64,000 bases of DNA from Pseudomonadota bacterium (GTDB lineage: Bacteria > Myxococcota_A > UBA9042). Shown here in pieces: positions 10,709 through 20,542 of this stretch; within the stretch, counting starts at the first letter, position 1, and the number at the start of each line of letters is the position of its first letter. The notes beneath the pieces were generated by a model. That model made no database searches, had not been told where the DNA came from, and was given only the letters and a program-made list of their open reading frames with translations. A program made the position numbers and the translations under genes. The stretch spans positions 10,194 through 74,193 of the forward strand of contig JBEARB010000330.1 of NCBI GenBank assembly GCA_041163625.1. The letters are read 5' to 3'.

Positions 10709-11903
10709 GCGTCGTCGGATCCAGATCGAAGAGGCGCACGGCGTTGTCGCGGTAGATCTTGTCGAGCACGGCGTCGGGGAGCTCGATGGCATCGACCTTC
10801 CAGTTGCCTTGGATCGGGCTCGGGTGGTCGATCTGGCGCTCGCTGCCCTCGAAATAGCGGAAGTGCGCGTCGTAGAACGGCACGACATCGGACATCTGCG
10901 GCTCGACCGCGCCGTTGCTACCGAGCATCAGCATCTCCTCGCCGACGCCGATATCGGTGCCGAAGAGGATGCGATCGGCGAAACGCACCATCAGCGCGCG
11001 CACGGCTTCCGGCGGATGTCGGCCGAACTCGCCCACGCGCGCCGAGAGGTCGAGCCAGACGTTCGGCAGGCGCTCGAGCATCCGGGTGACACGCTCGAGA
11101 TCTTCGGCGGCGTTACCGAAATGCACGGCGACGAAGGTCGTGCCGGGGTGGCGGGCGAAGAGCCGGTCGCCGGCGTCGAGCAAGGCCGACCAATCCGGTA
11201 CGCCGCGCTGGTACCACGACCAGCCGGGGTGGACGGAGAGCTCGGCGTAGCGCTCGTTGTCGGCCGTCGGCGGCAGCCAGAACGCCTTGGGGTCGGCGAT
11301 GTGGATGGCGACGGGGATGCCGAGGCGGCCCGCGGCCTGCCAGAGTGGATCGAGGCGCGGATCGTCGACGGCGACGAGGTTGCGGTCGCGATCGCGGACC
11401 GAGAGCCCGAGCGCCTTGCTGATCTTCAAGCCGCGGAACTGGTGGTCGCGCACCGCCGTCTCGAGCCGCGCCGCTTCGCGCAGCCCCCACGCGGGGTCGC
11501 AGCAGCCTTGCCAGTCGACGTTGGCGAAGTTGAGCACGCGCCCGCCGAGTCGCTCGGACAAGATCTGCGCCAGCATCCACGACTGTCGACCGCCGCGTCC
11601 CGAGCCACCGGAGAGATTGACGATAGCGCCGATGCCGACGTCTTCGAGGATGTGCTCGATGCGCCAGACGCCGAAAATCGAGAGGTGGCCGTGTACGTCG
11701 ACCAGCTTCGGGCGCCGATAGCCCGGACGCACGGTCGGCTGCACCCGCGGACGCGCCGGCTCGGTCGGTGCCGCGGACGCGGTCGGCGTGGCGGCCCCGG
11801 ACGGAACGGGCGCAGCGTCCTCGCGACAAGCGGTCGCGACCAACGCCGCCAGCGCCACGGTCCACGTGGCGACGCGACGTCGACGCAGCCCCGGCGCGTT
11901 CAC
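10656..11903 (-). CDS. amidohydrolase-family (TIM-barrel metal-dependent hydrolase) lipoprotein
   Basis: The GTG start at 11901-11903 overlaps the scoA stop (GTGA). Signal peptide with lipobox (ALVATAC). Amidohydrolase_2-like motifs (VDVHGH...; ...HFGN...; FGTD). Confidence 0.65.
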   Translation of the reverse strand: MNAPGLRRRRVATWTVALAALVATACREDAAPVPSGAATPTASAAPTEPARPRVQPTVRPGYRRPKLVDVHGHLSIFGVWRIEHILEDVGIGAIVNLSGGSGRGGRQSWMLAQILSERLGGRVLNFANVDWQGCCDPAWGLREAARLETAVRDHQFRGLKISKALGLSVRDRDRNLVAVDDPRLDPLWQAAGRLGIPVAIHIADPKAFWLPPTADNERYAELSVHPGWSWYQRGVPDWSALLDAGDRLFARHPGTTFVAVHFGNAAEDLERVTRMLERLPNVWLDLSARVGEFGRHPPEAVRALMVRFADRILFGTDIGVGEEMLMLGSNGAVEPQMSDVVPFYDAHFRYFEGSERQIDHPSPIQGNWKVDAIELPDAVLDKIYRDNAVRLFDLDPTTLIPRPRRSPSPPPAATP

Positions 11904-12598
11904 GGCCGCGGCCGCACCGTGCGCTGCTCGATCGGCTTGCGATGGTCGCTGCCCTGGAAGATGCGCTGCACGTAGATGCCGGGGGTGTGGATCTGGTCCG
12001 GGTCGAGCTCGCCCGGCTCCACCAGCTCTTCGACCTCGGCGATGGTGATGCGCCCCGCCGACGCCATCATCGGCGCGAAGTTGCGGGCCGTCTTGCGGAA
12101 CACCAGGTTGCCCCAGCGGTCGCCCTTCCAGGCTTTCACGAACGCGAAATCGCCGCGGATGGCCTGCTCGAGCACGCACATACGACCGCCGATCTCACGG
12201 GTCTCCTTGCCCTCGGCGACCAGCGTGCCGTAGCCCGTCGGGGTGTAGAACGCCGGAATTCCGGCGCCGCCGGCGCGGATGCGCTCGGCGAGCGTGCCCT
12301 GCGGGTTGAGCTCGACCTCGAGCTCGCCGGCGAGGAACTGCCGCTCGAACTCCTTGTTCTCCCCCACGTAGCTCGAAACCATGCGGCGCACTTGGCGGCT
12401 CTGCAGGAGCACACCGAGGCCGTCGTCGGTCACGCCCGCATTGTTCGAGACGATGGTGAGGTCGCGGGTGCCGCGGGCGCGCAGTGCGGTGATCAGGTTC
12501 TCGGGGTTGCCGCAGAGACCGAAGCCCGAGACGAGGATGGTGGCGCCGTCCGCGACGTCGAAGATCGCGGCCTCGGGGCCGCTGTAGACCTTGTCCAT
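11900..12598 (-). CDS. scoA: succinyl-CoA:3-ketoacid CoA transferase subunit A
   Basis: Start at MDKVYSG. Family I CoA-transferase alpha-subunit motifs ([13 protein letters not shown], ...SYVGEN...). Confidence 0.85.
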   Translation of the reverse strand: MDKVYSGPEAAIFDVADGATILVSGFGLCGNPENLITALRARGTRDLTIVSNNAGVTDDGLGVLLQSRQVRRMVSSYVGENKEFERQFLAGELEVELNPQGTLAERIRAGGAGIPAFYTPTGYGTLVAEGKETREIGGRMCVLEQAIRGDFAFVKAWKGDRWGNLVFRKTARNFAPMMASAGRITIAEVEELVEPGELDPDQIHTPGIYVQRIFQGSDHRKPIEQRTVRPRP

Positions 12599-12718
12599 GA
12601 TGCGCTCCACGCGGCGCCTGCCGCTGCCGTCCTCGGATACCACGCTTGGCGCAAAACGGGGAGGGGGCGCCCCGGACCAGCCGGGACGCCCCCTCACGTC
12701 GCTGCGAAGCGTGGACGC

Positions 12719-13396
12719 CTACTTGGCGGCCGGCGCCTCACCGGTCGGAACCTCGGCCTTCGGGGCCTCGGGAGCCGGAGCGGCGGCGGCGGCCGGAGCC
12801 TCGCCAGCCGGGGCGGCGGCCGGAGCCTCGCCAGCCGGAGCGCCGGCCGGAGCCTCACCGCCCGGAGCGGCGCCCGGCGGCGGAGCCATCGGGCGGGCCT
12901 TCATCATGGCCTGCATGAACTTGCCCATCAGGGGAGCAAGCTTGCCGCGGGCGTACTCCTCGATCTTCTTCTTGTCCTCGGGCGAGAGGGCCTTGTTGAT
13001 GGCCTCACCCTCGGCCTTCTCCTTCTCGGCGAACTCCTTGAACTTCTCGCCGATGGCCTTGATCTTCTCCTGATCACCGGCAGCGGCCTCGATCTCGGTC
13101 GCCATGGTCTCCATGCGGCCAGCCATGCGATCGACCAGGGCCTTGGCCTTGGTCAGGTTCTCGCTGTCGGCGCCGCCCTCGGCGGGCTTGGCCTCGCCCT
13201 CGGCAGGCTTGGCCTCGCCCTCGGCAGGCTTGGCCTCACCCTCGGCAGGCTTGGCCTCGTCGCCCTTGGCGGCTTCGACCTTGGCCGCGGCCAGCTTGGC
13301 CTCTTCCTTCTTGTTGCCACAGGCGGTCGCGCCGACGGCGCAGATCGCGGCGACGGTCGCCACGCGCTTCCCGATGTTCCACATCTCTCGCTCCAT
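12719..13396 (-). CDS. low-complexity Ala/Glu/Lys/Pro-repeat lipoprotein
   Basis: Lipoprotein signal MWNIGKRVATVAAICAVGATAC; the start is either M40 or M44 of the track ORF. Four tandem AEGEAKP units and three C-terminal GEAPAxAPA units. Confidence 0.55.
   Translation of the reverse strand: MEREMWNIGKRVATVAAICAVGATACGNKKEEAKLAAAKVEAAKGDEAKPAEGEAKPAEGEAKPAEGEAKPAEGGADSENLTKAKALVDRMAGRMETMATEIEAAAGDQEKIKAIGEKFKEFAEKEKAEGEAINKALSPEDKKKIEEYARGKLAPLMGKFMQAMMKARPMAPPPGAAPGGEAPAGAPAGEAPAAAPAGEAPAAAAAPAPEAPKAEVPTGEAPAAK
12788..12870. repeat. three tandem ~27-nt units (ggccggagcctcgccagccgg...)
   Basis: Direct repeats in the DNA encoding the PAGEAPA units at the 3' end of the lipoprotein gene. Confidence 0.5.
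13180..13263. repeat. four tandem 21-nt units (ggcttggcctcgccctcggca)
   Basis: Near-perfect direct repeats encoding the AEGEAKP units on the minus strand. Confidence 0.6.
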
Positions 13397-13605
13397 GATC
13401 CTGCCCCGCCAACGGGGACAATGACGCCGACGCTCGATGCGAGCGGCGACAGGGTTCGGTCGGTCCGACAGGACCGGCCGGCGTACGATCCGGCCTGGGC
13501 GCGGGAAGCGCAAGTCCGGGGGCGCCTCTTTGTGAAGCGGGGCGGGGGGATGGCCCCCCGCCCCGCATCTCGGCTCACGGGTGCGGCGATTGCCGCACCG
13601 TCAAG

Positions 13606-13892
13606 CTACTTGGCGCCTTCGCCAGCGGCGGCCGGAGCGGCCTCGGCCGGCTTGGCCTCACCCTCGGCAGCGGCCGGAGCGGCCTCGGCCGGCTTGGCCT
13701 CCTCGGCCGGCTTGGCCTCGCCCTCGGCAGCCTTCTCTTCGGCTTGGCCTCGCCCTCGGCGGCGGCCGGAGCGGCCTCCTCCTTCTTCTCCTCGGCGGCG
13801 GCGACCGGCTCGGCCTTCTTGCCGCAGCCGCTGACGGTGAACGCGAGACCAACGGCCACGGCGACCGCGGCGAAACGCTTGAACGTGAACAT
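13606..13892 (-). pseudogene. paralogous repeat lipoprotein with an apparent 4-nt deletion frameshift
   Basis: The N-terminus (MFTFKRFAAVAVAVGLAFTVSGCGKK...AEGEAKP) lies in the frame of ORF 13575..13934. The expected continuation (AEEKAAEGEAKPAEEAKPAEAAPAAAEGEAKPAEAAPAAAGEGAK*) lies in the frame of ORF 13606..13989. Around 13738-13747 the motif 'ttcggccggcttggcctc' appears as 'ttcggcttggcctc'. The alternative read-through gives an implausible Pro/Arg tail. Confidence 0.4.
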
Positions 13893-14179
13893 ATTCAGAC
13901 TCCTGATGGGCGCGCCGCGGCAAACCACTCTCACCCCCGTCCTCGCCTCGGGACCGGTCGACGGAGGGCTCCCTTTCCCCCGGCGACACTATTGGCCTTC
14001 GGCACGCTGTGGCGCGACCTTCCCATCTTGGTAGAAGAGCGGTCCTCGCCGGATGCTAGGTGCCTTGCGCGGAGCGGTCAACAGCGGAGATCGCCAAGCC
14101 TGCAAGCGAATCTCGGGACGGGTTGCGCGCGGCCGGCGACCGTGACAAGCAAGCGACCCGATCCGCCCAGGAGCCACAC

Positions 14180-16195
14180 ATGCCCGCCTTCGATCTCGTC
14201 GCGCCCTTCCCGCCCGCGGGCGACCAGCCCGCCGCCATCGACGAGTTGATGCGCGGCCTGCAGCGCGGCGACCACTGGCAGGTCCTGCTCGGCGTCACGG
14301 GCTCGGGCAAGACCTTCACGATGGCCAACGTCATCGCCGCCTCGCAGCGACCGACGCTGGTGCTCGCGCCCAACAAGACCCTCGCGGCGCAGCTCCACGC
14401 CGAGCTCAAGAGCTTCCTGCCACACAACGCGGTCGAGTACTTCGTCAGCTATTACGACTACTACCAGCCCGAAGCCTATATCCCCTCAACAGACACCTAC
14501 ATCGAGAAAGACGCGCTCATCAACGAAGAGATCGACCGGATGCGGCACGCCGCGACCTTCGCCCTGCTCGAGCGGCGAGACGTCGTCATCGTCGCTTCGG
14601 TCTCCTGCATCTATGGTCTCGGCGCGCCGGTCGACTACTTGGCGATGCGGCTCGGTCTCGAGGTCGGGCAGGAGATCGGTCGACGCAAGCTGCTCGAACG
14701 TCTGGTCGAGATGCAATACGAGCGCAACGAGGTCGAGCTGACGCGCGGTCATTTCCGCGTCCGCGGCGACGTCATCGACGTGGTGCCGATCGGCGAGGAC
14801 GCCGAGGCCGTGCGTATCGCGCTCTGGGGCGACGAGATCGAGTCGCTCGAAATCATCGACCCGCTGCGTGGGCGCGTCCTGCGCAAGGTCGAGCGCGTGC
14901 ACATCTACCCGAGCTCGCACTTCGTGACGCCGGCGGAGGTGGTGGCGCGCGCACGCGAGACCATCGCCGTCGAGTTGCGCGAGCGATTGCAGGAGCTGCG
15001 CGAGGGGGGCCGCTTGCTGGAGGCCCAGCGCCTCGAGCAACGCACGATGTTCGACCTCGAGGCGTTGATGACGCGTGGATTCTGCCGCGGCATCGAGAAC
15101 TATTCGCGCCACCTGACCGGCCAGCAGCCCGGAGAGCCGCCACCGACCTTGCTCGACTACTTCCCCGACGATTGGCTCCTGATGATCGACGAGAGCCACG
15201 TCACGGTCTCGCAGGTCGCGGCGATGTTCCGCGGCGACCGCGCGCGCAAGGAGGTATTGGTCGGGCACGGCTTCCGGCTCCCCTCGGCGCTGGACAACCG
15301 TCCGCTGCGGATCGAGGAGTTCCTCGAGCGCGTGCGGCAGGGCGTGCTGATTTCGGCGACGCCGGGCGATTGGGAGCTCGAGCAGACCGGCGGCGTCGTG
15401 GTCGAGCAGGTGGTTCGCCCGACGGGGCTGCTGGATCCGGTGATCGAGGTGCGTCCGGTCGGCAGCCAGGTCGACGACTTGCTCGGAGAGATCCGCCTCC
15501 GCGCCGAGCGCGACGAGCGCGTCCTGGTCACGACGCTGACCAAGCGGATGGCCGAGAACCTGACCGAATACTACGCCGACCTGGGCGTGCGCGTGCGCTA
15601 CATGCACAGCGATATCGACACGCTCGAGCGCGTCGAACTGCTGCGCGGCCTGCGCGCCGGCGACTTCGACGTGCTGGTCGGTATCAACCTGTTGCGGGAA
15701 GGATTGGATCTACCCGAGGTCAGCCTGGTGGCGGTGCTCGACGCGGACAAGGAAGGCTTCCTGCGCTCGCGACGGAGCCTGATCCAGACCATCGGCCGCG
15801 CCGCCCGCAACGCCGAGGGCCGCGTCATCCTGTACGCCGACCGCATCACCGGCTCGATGCGCGAGGCGATCGACGAGACCGAACGCCGCCGCACGATCCA
15901 GGCGGCCCGCAACGCCGAACTCGGCATCGTGCCCAAGACGGTTCGCAAGGCGATCCACGGCACCGAGTTGCTGCAGGGCGCGAGTCGGACCGCTCACGAC
16001 GGCGGACCGCTCAGCGAGCAGGCGCTGCTGGAATCGGACGATCTCGCGACCCTGGACCGCAAAGACCTCGAGCGCCGCATCCAGGGCCTGCAGGCCGAGA
16101 TGAAGGCCGCGGCCGGAGCCCTGGACTTCGAGCGCGCGGCTGGGCTGCGCGACGAGATCCGCGACCTGCAGAAGCTGCTGCTCGCGCTCTCGTGA
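14180..16195 (+). CDS. uvrB: excinuclease ABC subunit B
   Basis: Start at MPAFDLV with AGGAG 7 nt upstream. Helicase motifs ([12 protein letters not shown]) and the UvrB C-terminal domain ([17 protein letters not shown]). 671 aa. Confidence 0.9.
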   Translation: MPAFDLVAPFPPAGDQPAAIDELMRGLQRGDHWQVLLGVTGSGKTFTMANVIAASQRPTLVLAPNKTLAAQLHAELKSFLPHNAVEYFVSYYDYYQPEAYIPSTDTYIEKDALINEEIDRMRHAATFALLERRDVVIVASVSCIYGLGAPVDYLAMRLGLEVGQEIGRRKLLERLVEMQYERNEVELTRGHFRVRGDVIDVVPIGEDAEAVRIALWGDEIESLEIIDPLRGRVLRKVERVHIYPSSHFVTPAEVVARARETIAVELRERLQELREGGRLLEAQRLEQRTMFDLEALMTRGFCRGIENYSRHLTGQQPGEPPPTLLDYFPDDWLLMIDESHVTVSQVAAMFRGDRARKEVLVGHGFRLPSALDNRPLRIEEFLERVRQGVLISATPGDWELEQTGGVVVEQVVRPTGLLDPVIEVRPVGSQVDDLLGEIRLRAERDERVLVTTLTKRMAENLTEYYADLGVRVRYMHSDIDTLERVELLRGLRAGDFDVLVGINLLREGLDLPEVSLVAVLDADKEGFLRSRRSLIQTIGRAARNAEGRVILYADRITGSMREAIDETERRRTIQAARNAELGIVPKTVRKAIHGTELLQGASRTAHDGGPLSEQALLESDDLATLDRKDLERRIQGLQAEMKAAAGALDFERAAGLRDEIRDLQKLLLALS

Positions 16196-16223
16196 ACCGG
16201 CGAAGCCTCGGCGCCGGAGGGCT

Positions 16224-17684
16224 TCAGTCGACCCCGTCGATCTGCTCGAGGTCGAGGACCTCGGCGTCGAGGTAGTCGTCGATGACGATGTCGGGCGGCG
16301 CGCGGTCGCGGACGGCGACGATCTCGTCTTCGCCGAAGACCTCGAGATAGCGCGACCAGACGCCGGCACAGATGCGGTCGAAGGCACAGCCGCCACAGAG
16401 GTGCGCCGGCTTGACGCGTTCGGGGTCGGCGACCGCGCCGTCGGCGAAATCACCGTAGATGTCGAAGTGGTCGATGTATTCGGGGATCACGCACGGTGGC
16501 AGCGCGGCCGATTGGCTCGTCTCCACCCGCATGCCGGTGCGCCGGCCGAGCTCGAACGCCTCGGCGAAATAGGGCCGGCAATCGGTGAACGAGAGCGCCC
16601 ATTGCGGATTGAGCCAGGCGTTGCCGCGCGGCATCGCGTAACTGAACTGGAGGCGATCCAGCCGAGGGCCCCAGCGCTCCCAGCACGCCTGCGCGAAAGC
16701 CGGGACGTGCGCGAGGTTGGGCCGCATCACGACGCACGTCACCTTGACGCGGAAGCCGAGCTCGACGGCGCGATCGATGGCGTGGAGCTTGGCCGCGAGC
16801 CGGCCGCTGTCGGGCCGCTCGCGCTCCGGGTCCGGCAGCGTCAGGCCGCGGGCGAAGCGCTCCGCCAGCGGCATCGCCGGGACGTCGTGCGCGGCAGTGA
16901 GCAGATCCGAGGCCCGCGCCTCGAACGCGTGCAGCGAGAAGCCGATGCCGAGGCGGTCGCGATAGGGCAGCAGCGCCTCGAGCGCGCCGGGTTCGGCCAT
17001 CCGCACGCCGTTGGTCTGCACGATGATGTCGCGGGCCCCTCGCGCCGCCGCCAATGCCACCATCTCGGGCAACGCCTTGAGCAGCGTCGGTTCGCCGCCC
17101 GAGAAGATCACCTGGCGCAAGGCGCCCGCGGGCAGCCGATCGAGGATCGTGCGCAGCTTCTGCTTGCTGGTGACGAGGTTGCTGTTGCCCTCGGTGGCGT
17201 TGCAGAACACGCAACTCTCGTCGCAATGATCGGTCACGCGCAGGTAGAGCTTCTTGCCGCTGGTGATCTCGAGGTAGGCCGACGCCGGCGGCGCACGGAA
17301 ATAGCGCTGATCGAGGTCGGCCGGGGAGAGGCCCGCCGACGCGGCGACGGTCTCGACGCGGCGCCCGACCTCGGCCAACAGCGCCGTCGCCATGCGGTCG
17401 AAGCCCTCGCCACGGTAGCTGACGTTCCAGCGCGGAGTGCGCAGGTAGGTGTCCTGCGTCGGGTCGTGGTGGCGCAGCAGCACGTGGAGATCCCAGGGCT
17501 CGCCGTCGCGCTCGACCTGCAGGCAGATATGGTCGCCGTCGTGCGTCCAGCCGACGCAGCGCACGCGACCGACGTCGTCGCCGGCGCGCAGGTCGGCGGG
17601 CGCCGCGATCTCGTCGACGAAGCGGCTCAGGCGCGGGATGGCATCGGGATCCAGCGCCAGTACCGGTTTGGCGAGTCGCGACAT
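16224..17684 (-). CDS. radical SAM / SPASM-twitch-type enzyme with a ~130-aa N-terminal extension
   Basis: Radical-SAM cluster CDESCVFC followed by a GGEPTL motif. C-terminal Cys cluster (HLCGGCAFDRICAGVW). The N-terminal ~130 aa has no recognisable motif. Confidence 0.75.
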   Translation of the reverse strand: MSRLAKPVLALDPDAIPRLSRFVDEIAAPADLRAGDDVGRVRCVGWTHDGDHICLQVERDGEPWDLHVLLRHHDPTQDTYLRTPRWNVSYRGEGFDRMATALLAEVGRRVETVAASAGLSPADLDQRYFRAPPASAYLEITSGKKLYLRVTDHCDESCVFCNATEGNSNLVTSKQKLRTILDRLPAGALRQVIFSGGEPTLLKALPEMVALAAARGARDIIVQTNGVRMAEPGALEALLPYRDRLGIGFSLHAFEARASDLLTAAHDVPAMPLAERFARGLTLPDPERERPDSGRLAAKLHAIDRAVELGFRVKVTCVVMRPNLAHVPAFAQACWERWGPRLDRLQFSYAMPRGNAWLNPQWALSFTDCRPYFAEAFELGRRTGMRVETSQSAALPPCVIPEYIDHFDIYGDFADGAVADPERVKPAHLCGGCAFDRICAGVWSRYLEVFGEDEIVAVRDRAPPDIVIDDYLDAEVLDLEQIDGVD

Positions 17685-17767
17685 GAGCGAACGCTACCGA
17701 CCGGCTCGCGCCGCCGCAACCACGGGTCGCGCGAGGCGGTGCCCCAGACGGGAGGAGGACGCGACCG

Positions 17768-20542
17768 TCATCGCCGGACGGCGAACCAACTGGTGGGTCG
17801 AGCCGGCCCCAAGCGCACCCGGCGCAACAGCAGATCCAGCAGCAGCAGCGCGATGGCAGCGGCCACCAGCGCCGCCCAGAGCGGCTGCCACGTTCGGGTC
17901 GTGGCCTGCCCGCGCTCCCGCCAATCGGCCGGTTTGGCGGCATTCTGACCGCCGGTCGACTGAACCAACGCCTGCAGGCCGACGGCTGCACCGCGCGCGA
18001 TGCGGAGCTCGTCGGGGTACGGCCGCACGGCAGTCGCGCGTCCGCGCAGCATCACCGGCTTCTCCGGCGCGGCGCGCAACTCGGTGAGGACGTCGTAGGG
18101 ACCGAAGGCGCTCATCGAGACCGCGGCCTCGTAGCGACCCAGCGCGACCTCCTGCAGTCGAATCGCACGCGGCGCGCCATCAGGTGCACGAACCGTGGCC
18201 TCCGCGAGCAGCCCGCCGACGTGCTGATCGTCGACGATGGCGTCCAAAGCGATCCGCATCCGCTCGTCTTCCCGCGCGAGACGGACGCGGACCTCACCGG
18301 CCAAATCCTCGCGTTGCAGGTCACGCACGAGCTGGCGCGCGAGCACGGCGTAGCCCGGCCAATCGATCCAATCCTGCGCCCAGCGGTTTTTCAGGTCGCT
18401 GGTCCAGACCGAGACCTTGCCCAGGCCGAGACGCCACCGCACCAAGAGCGGCTGGCCGGTCGAGAGGCGCAAGATCTCCTCGGCGCCCCGCTTGACCTTG
18501 CTCGCCAGGAAGCCGCGCAGCGCCGGGGCCCGCGTGACGTCGAAGCCGCGCAACAGCTCGACGCGGCCCAATCCCGGGGCGAGTCGGGCGCGGACGCGCT
18601 TCTCGACCACCGTCTCGCCGCTGATCTCCTTGGTCTCGCGGACGAAGATGCGAGGCAGCGTCTCGGGTCGGTCGGTGAAATACGAGCGGCCGCCGCCGCG
18701 GTCGGCAATGGATTCGAGCATCGAGCGGTCGACCTCGGCACCGACGCCGACGGTCGTGACCGTCACGCCCGAGCGCCGCATCTGCCGGACGAGCGCGTCG
18801 ATGCCGTTGCGCGGCGCCTGGCCGTCCGAGAGCAAGATCACGTGCTTGACCTTGGCCCGCACGCGCTCGAGCTCCGCGGCGGCCATCGCGAGGGCCGGGT
18901 AGATATTGGTGCCGCCGCTGGCCGAGATGCTGCCGATGCCGGTGGCAATGCGATAGCGGTTGCCGGCGCGCTGCAGGCTGACAACGCGGCGCGGGGCGTT
19001 GTCGAAGGCGACCACGCCGATGCGATCCTCTTGGCCGAGCGCCTCGGCCGTCGCGCGTGCCGCTTCCTTGGCGAGTTCCATCTTCTCGCCCTGCATGGAG
19101 CCGGAGCGATCGAGCACCAGCATCATCGCGATCGTGGGCTGCTCGACGGCCGAATCGACCTCCATCCGCACCGGCAGCACGTGCTTGTCGAGCCAGGAGC
19201 CCTGCCAGCCACCCGAGCCGAGCGCGTCCTCACCGCCGACCATCAACAAGCCGCCGCCCTCTTCGACGTAGCGTCCGAGCGCGCGTTGCTCGGGGTCGGG
19301 CACGAGCGGGACGCCGGCGGGCGAGACGCGCGCGAGGTCCGACAAGATCACGGTCTGGTAGCGGGCCAAGGCGGCAGCGTCGCGGGGCAACGCGTCGGGG
19401 CCACGCAGGGTGACCTCGAAGTCGTCGGCCAGCGCGCTCGCGAGCTGCCGCCCCATCGCGGGGTTGCCCTCGACGAGCAGCACGCTCGGGCGCGCGGAGA
19501 CCACGACGCGCACGCGCATCGCGTTGTTGCTGGGGAAGCGGTCGCCGCCCGCCACCAAGGCGCAGTGCGCGCGCAGCTCGTGGGCACCTGCCTCGCGGAT
19601 GCGGGCCTCGCCGAGCTCGACGTCGCGGCGACCGGCACCGAGTTCGGCGGCGATGGGACCGAGGTGGACACCCTCGCCGTCGAGCTCGCAGCGCACCGTG
19701 GCCGCCGCCGTGCTGCGCAGCCGCAGCCGCACGGGGAAGGGCAGGTTCGCGCGCACCCGCTCGGGGACGTGCACCGCCTCGACGAGAAACTCCGCCGGCT
19801 GCTGCAGGGGGCCGAGGTCGCCGCGGTGCACACGGGCGCCGGCGCGACGCATCAGGGGGGCCAGACGCTGGGCGTCGCCGCGCGTCTCGGCGCCGTCGGA
19901 CCAGACGACGACGTGGGCGACGCGTCCCGGATCGAGGTGGCCCAGCGCGAGATCGAGCGCCGCCTCGAGGTCGGTGGCGCCCTGGCTCTGCGGATCGCGG
20001 GCGACCTGCAGCGGCGGCAGCGGCGTCGCTGCGTCCGCGTCGTCGGTGGGCGTCGGGGGCCACGGCAGCCGACGTGCGCCGGCGTCGAAGGCGATGACGT
20101 GCACCGACGCTGCCTCGCCCTCGGGGTCGTCGCGATGCGCCTGTACGTCGGCGGTGATCGCCGTCAGCGCCTGCGCCAGCGCCGCGGGCGGCATCGACTC
20201 GCTTCGGTCCACCAGATGCACGATGGATGCTTGCCGCGGTCGCTCCTGCCGGCTGCGCGGCTCGGTCGCGGCGAGCACCAGCGCCGCGATCGCGAGCATT
20301 CGCGCCACTGCGCCGAACGCGGCCTGCCAGCGCGGCAGGTCGCCGATCGAACCGAGCGCCAGCAGCGGCACCAGCCAGCATGCCAGCAGCCCCCACAGCC
20401 GCTCGGGGTGCGCCAACTCGACGCCACCCGCCGCGAGCGCGCCGAGCCACGCCGGCGCTTGCTCGCGCGCCCACAGCGCGAGGCCGGCTCCGAGCGCGAG
20501 CCAGACGAGCCCGCTGACTACGGTGGCGACGCGCCCGCTCAC
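17768..20542 (-). CDS. BatB-like membrane protein with two VWA domains
   Basis: The GTG start at 20540-20542 overlaps the upstream stop (GTGA). N-terminal TM helices. Two MIDAS-containing VWA domains (VHLVDRSESM; LVLDRSGSMQGEKM). C-terminal TM helix. Confidence 0.7.
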   Translation of the reverse strand: MSGRVATVVSGLVWLALGAGLALWAREQAPAWLGALAAGGVELAHPERLWGLLACWLVPLLALGSIGDLPRWQAAFGAVARMLAIAALVLAATEPRSRQERPRQASIVHLVDRSESMPPAALAQALTAITADVQAHRDDPEGEAASVHVIAFDAGARRLPWPPTPTDDADAATPLPPLQVARDPQSQGATDLEAALDLALGHLDPGRVAHVVVWSDGAETRGDAQRLAPLMRRAGARVHRGDLGPLQQPAEFLVEAVHVPERVRANLPFPVRLRLRSTAAATVRCELDGEGVHLGPIAAELGAGRRDVELGEARIREAGAHELRAHCALVAGGDRFPSNNAMRVRVVVSARPSVLLVEGNPAMGRQLASALADDFEVTLRGPDALPRDAAALARYQTVILSDLARVSPAGVPLVPDPEQRALGRYVEEGGGLLMVGGEDALGSGGWQGSWLDKHVLPVRMEVDSAVEQPTIAMMLVLDRSGSMQGEKMELAKEAARATAEALGQEDRIGVVAFDNAPRRVVSLQRAGNRYRIATGIGSISASGGTNIYPALAMAAAELERVRAKVKHVILLSDGQAPRNGIDALVRQMRRSGVTVTTVGVGAEVDRSMLESIADRGGGRSYFTDRPETLPRIFVRETKEISGETVVEKRVRARLAPGLGRVELLRGFDVTRAPALRGFLASKVKRGAEEILRLSTGQPLLVRWRLGLGKVSVWTSDLKNRWAQDWIDWPGYAVLARQLVRDLQREDLAGEVRVRLAREDERMRIALDAIVDDQHVGGLLAEATVRAPDGAPRAIRLQEVALGRYEAAVSMSAFGPYDVLTELRAAPEKPVMLRGRATAVRPYPDELRIARGAAVGLQALVQSTGGQNAAKPADWRERGQATTRTWQPLWAALVAAAIALLLLDLLLRRVRLGPARPTSWFAVRR

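Noticed and set aside
13575-13934. Reading the second lipoprotein straight through in the track frame (119 aa with a Pro/Arg-rich tail)
   Set aside because: That reading abandons the AEGEAKP repeat pattern kept by the paralogue and by the out-of-frame continuation, and ends in an implausible RPSRPRRPSRPRPLRP tail. The frameshift interpretation is preferred but unproven.
16196-16223. Short palindrome (ccggcg-aagcctcgg-cgccgg) between convergent uvrB and the radical-SAM gene as a terminator
   Set aside because: It has only a 6-bp stem, no U-tract and only 28 nt of spacer. It is too weak to annotate.
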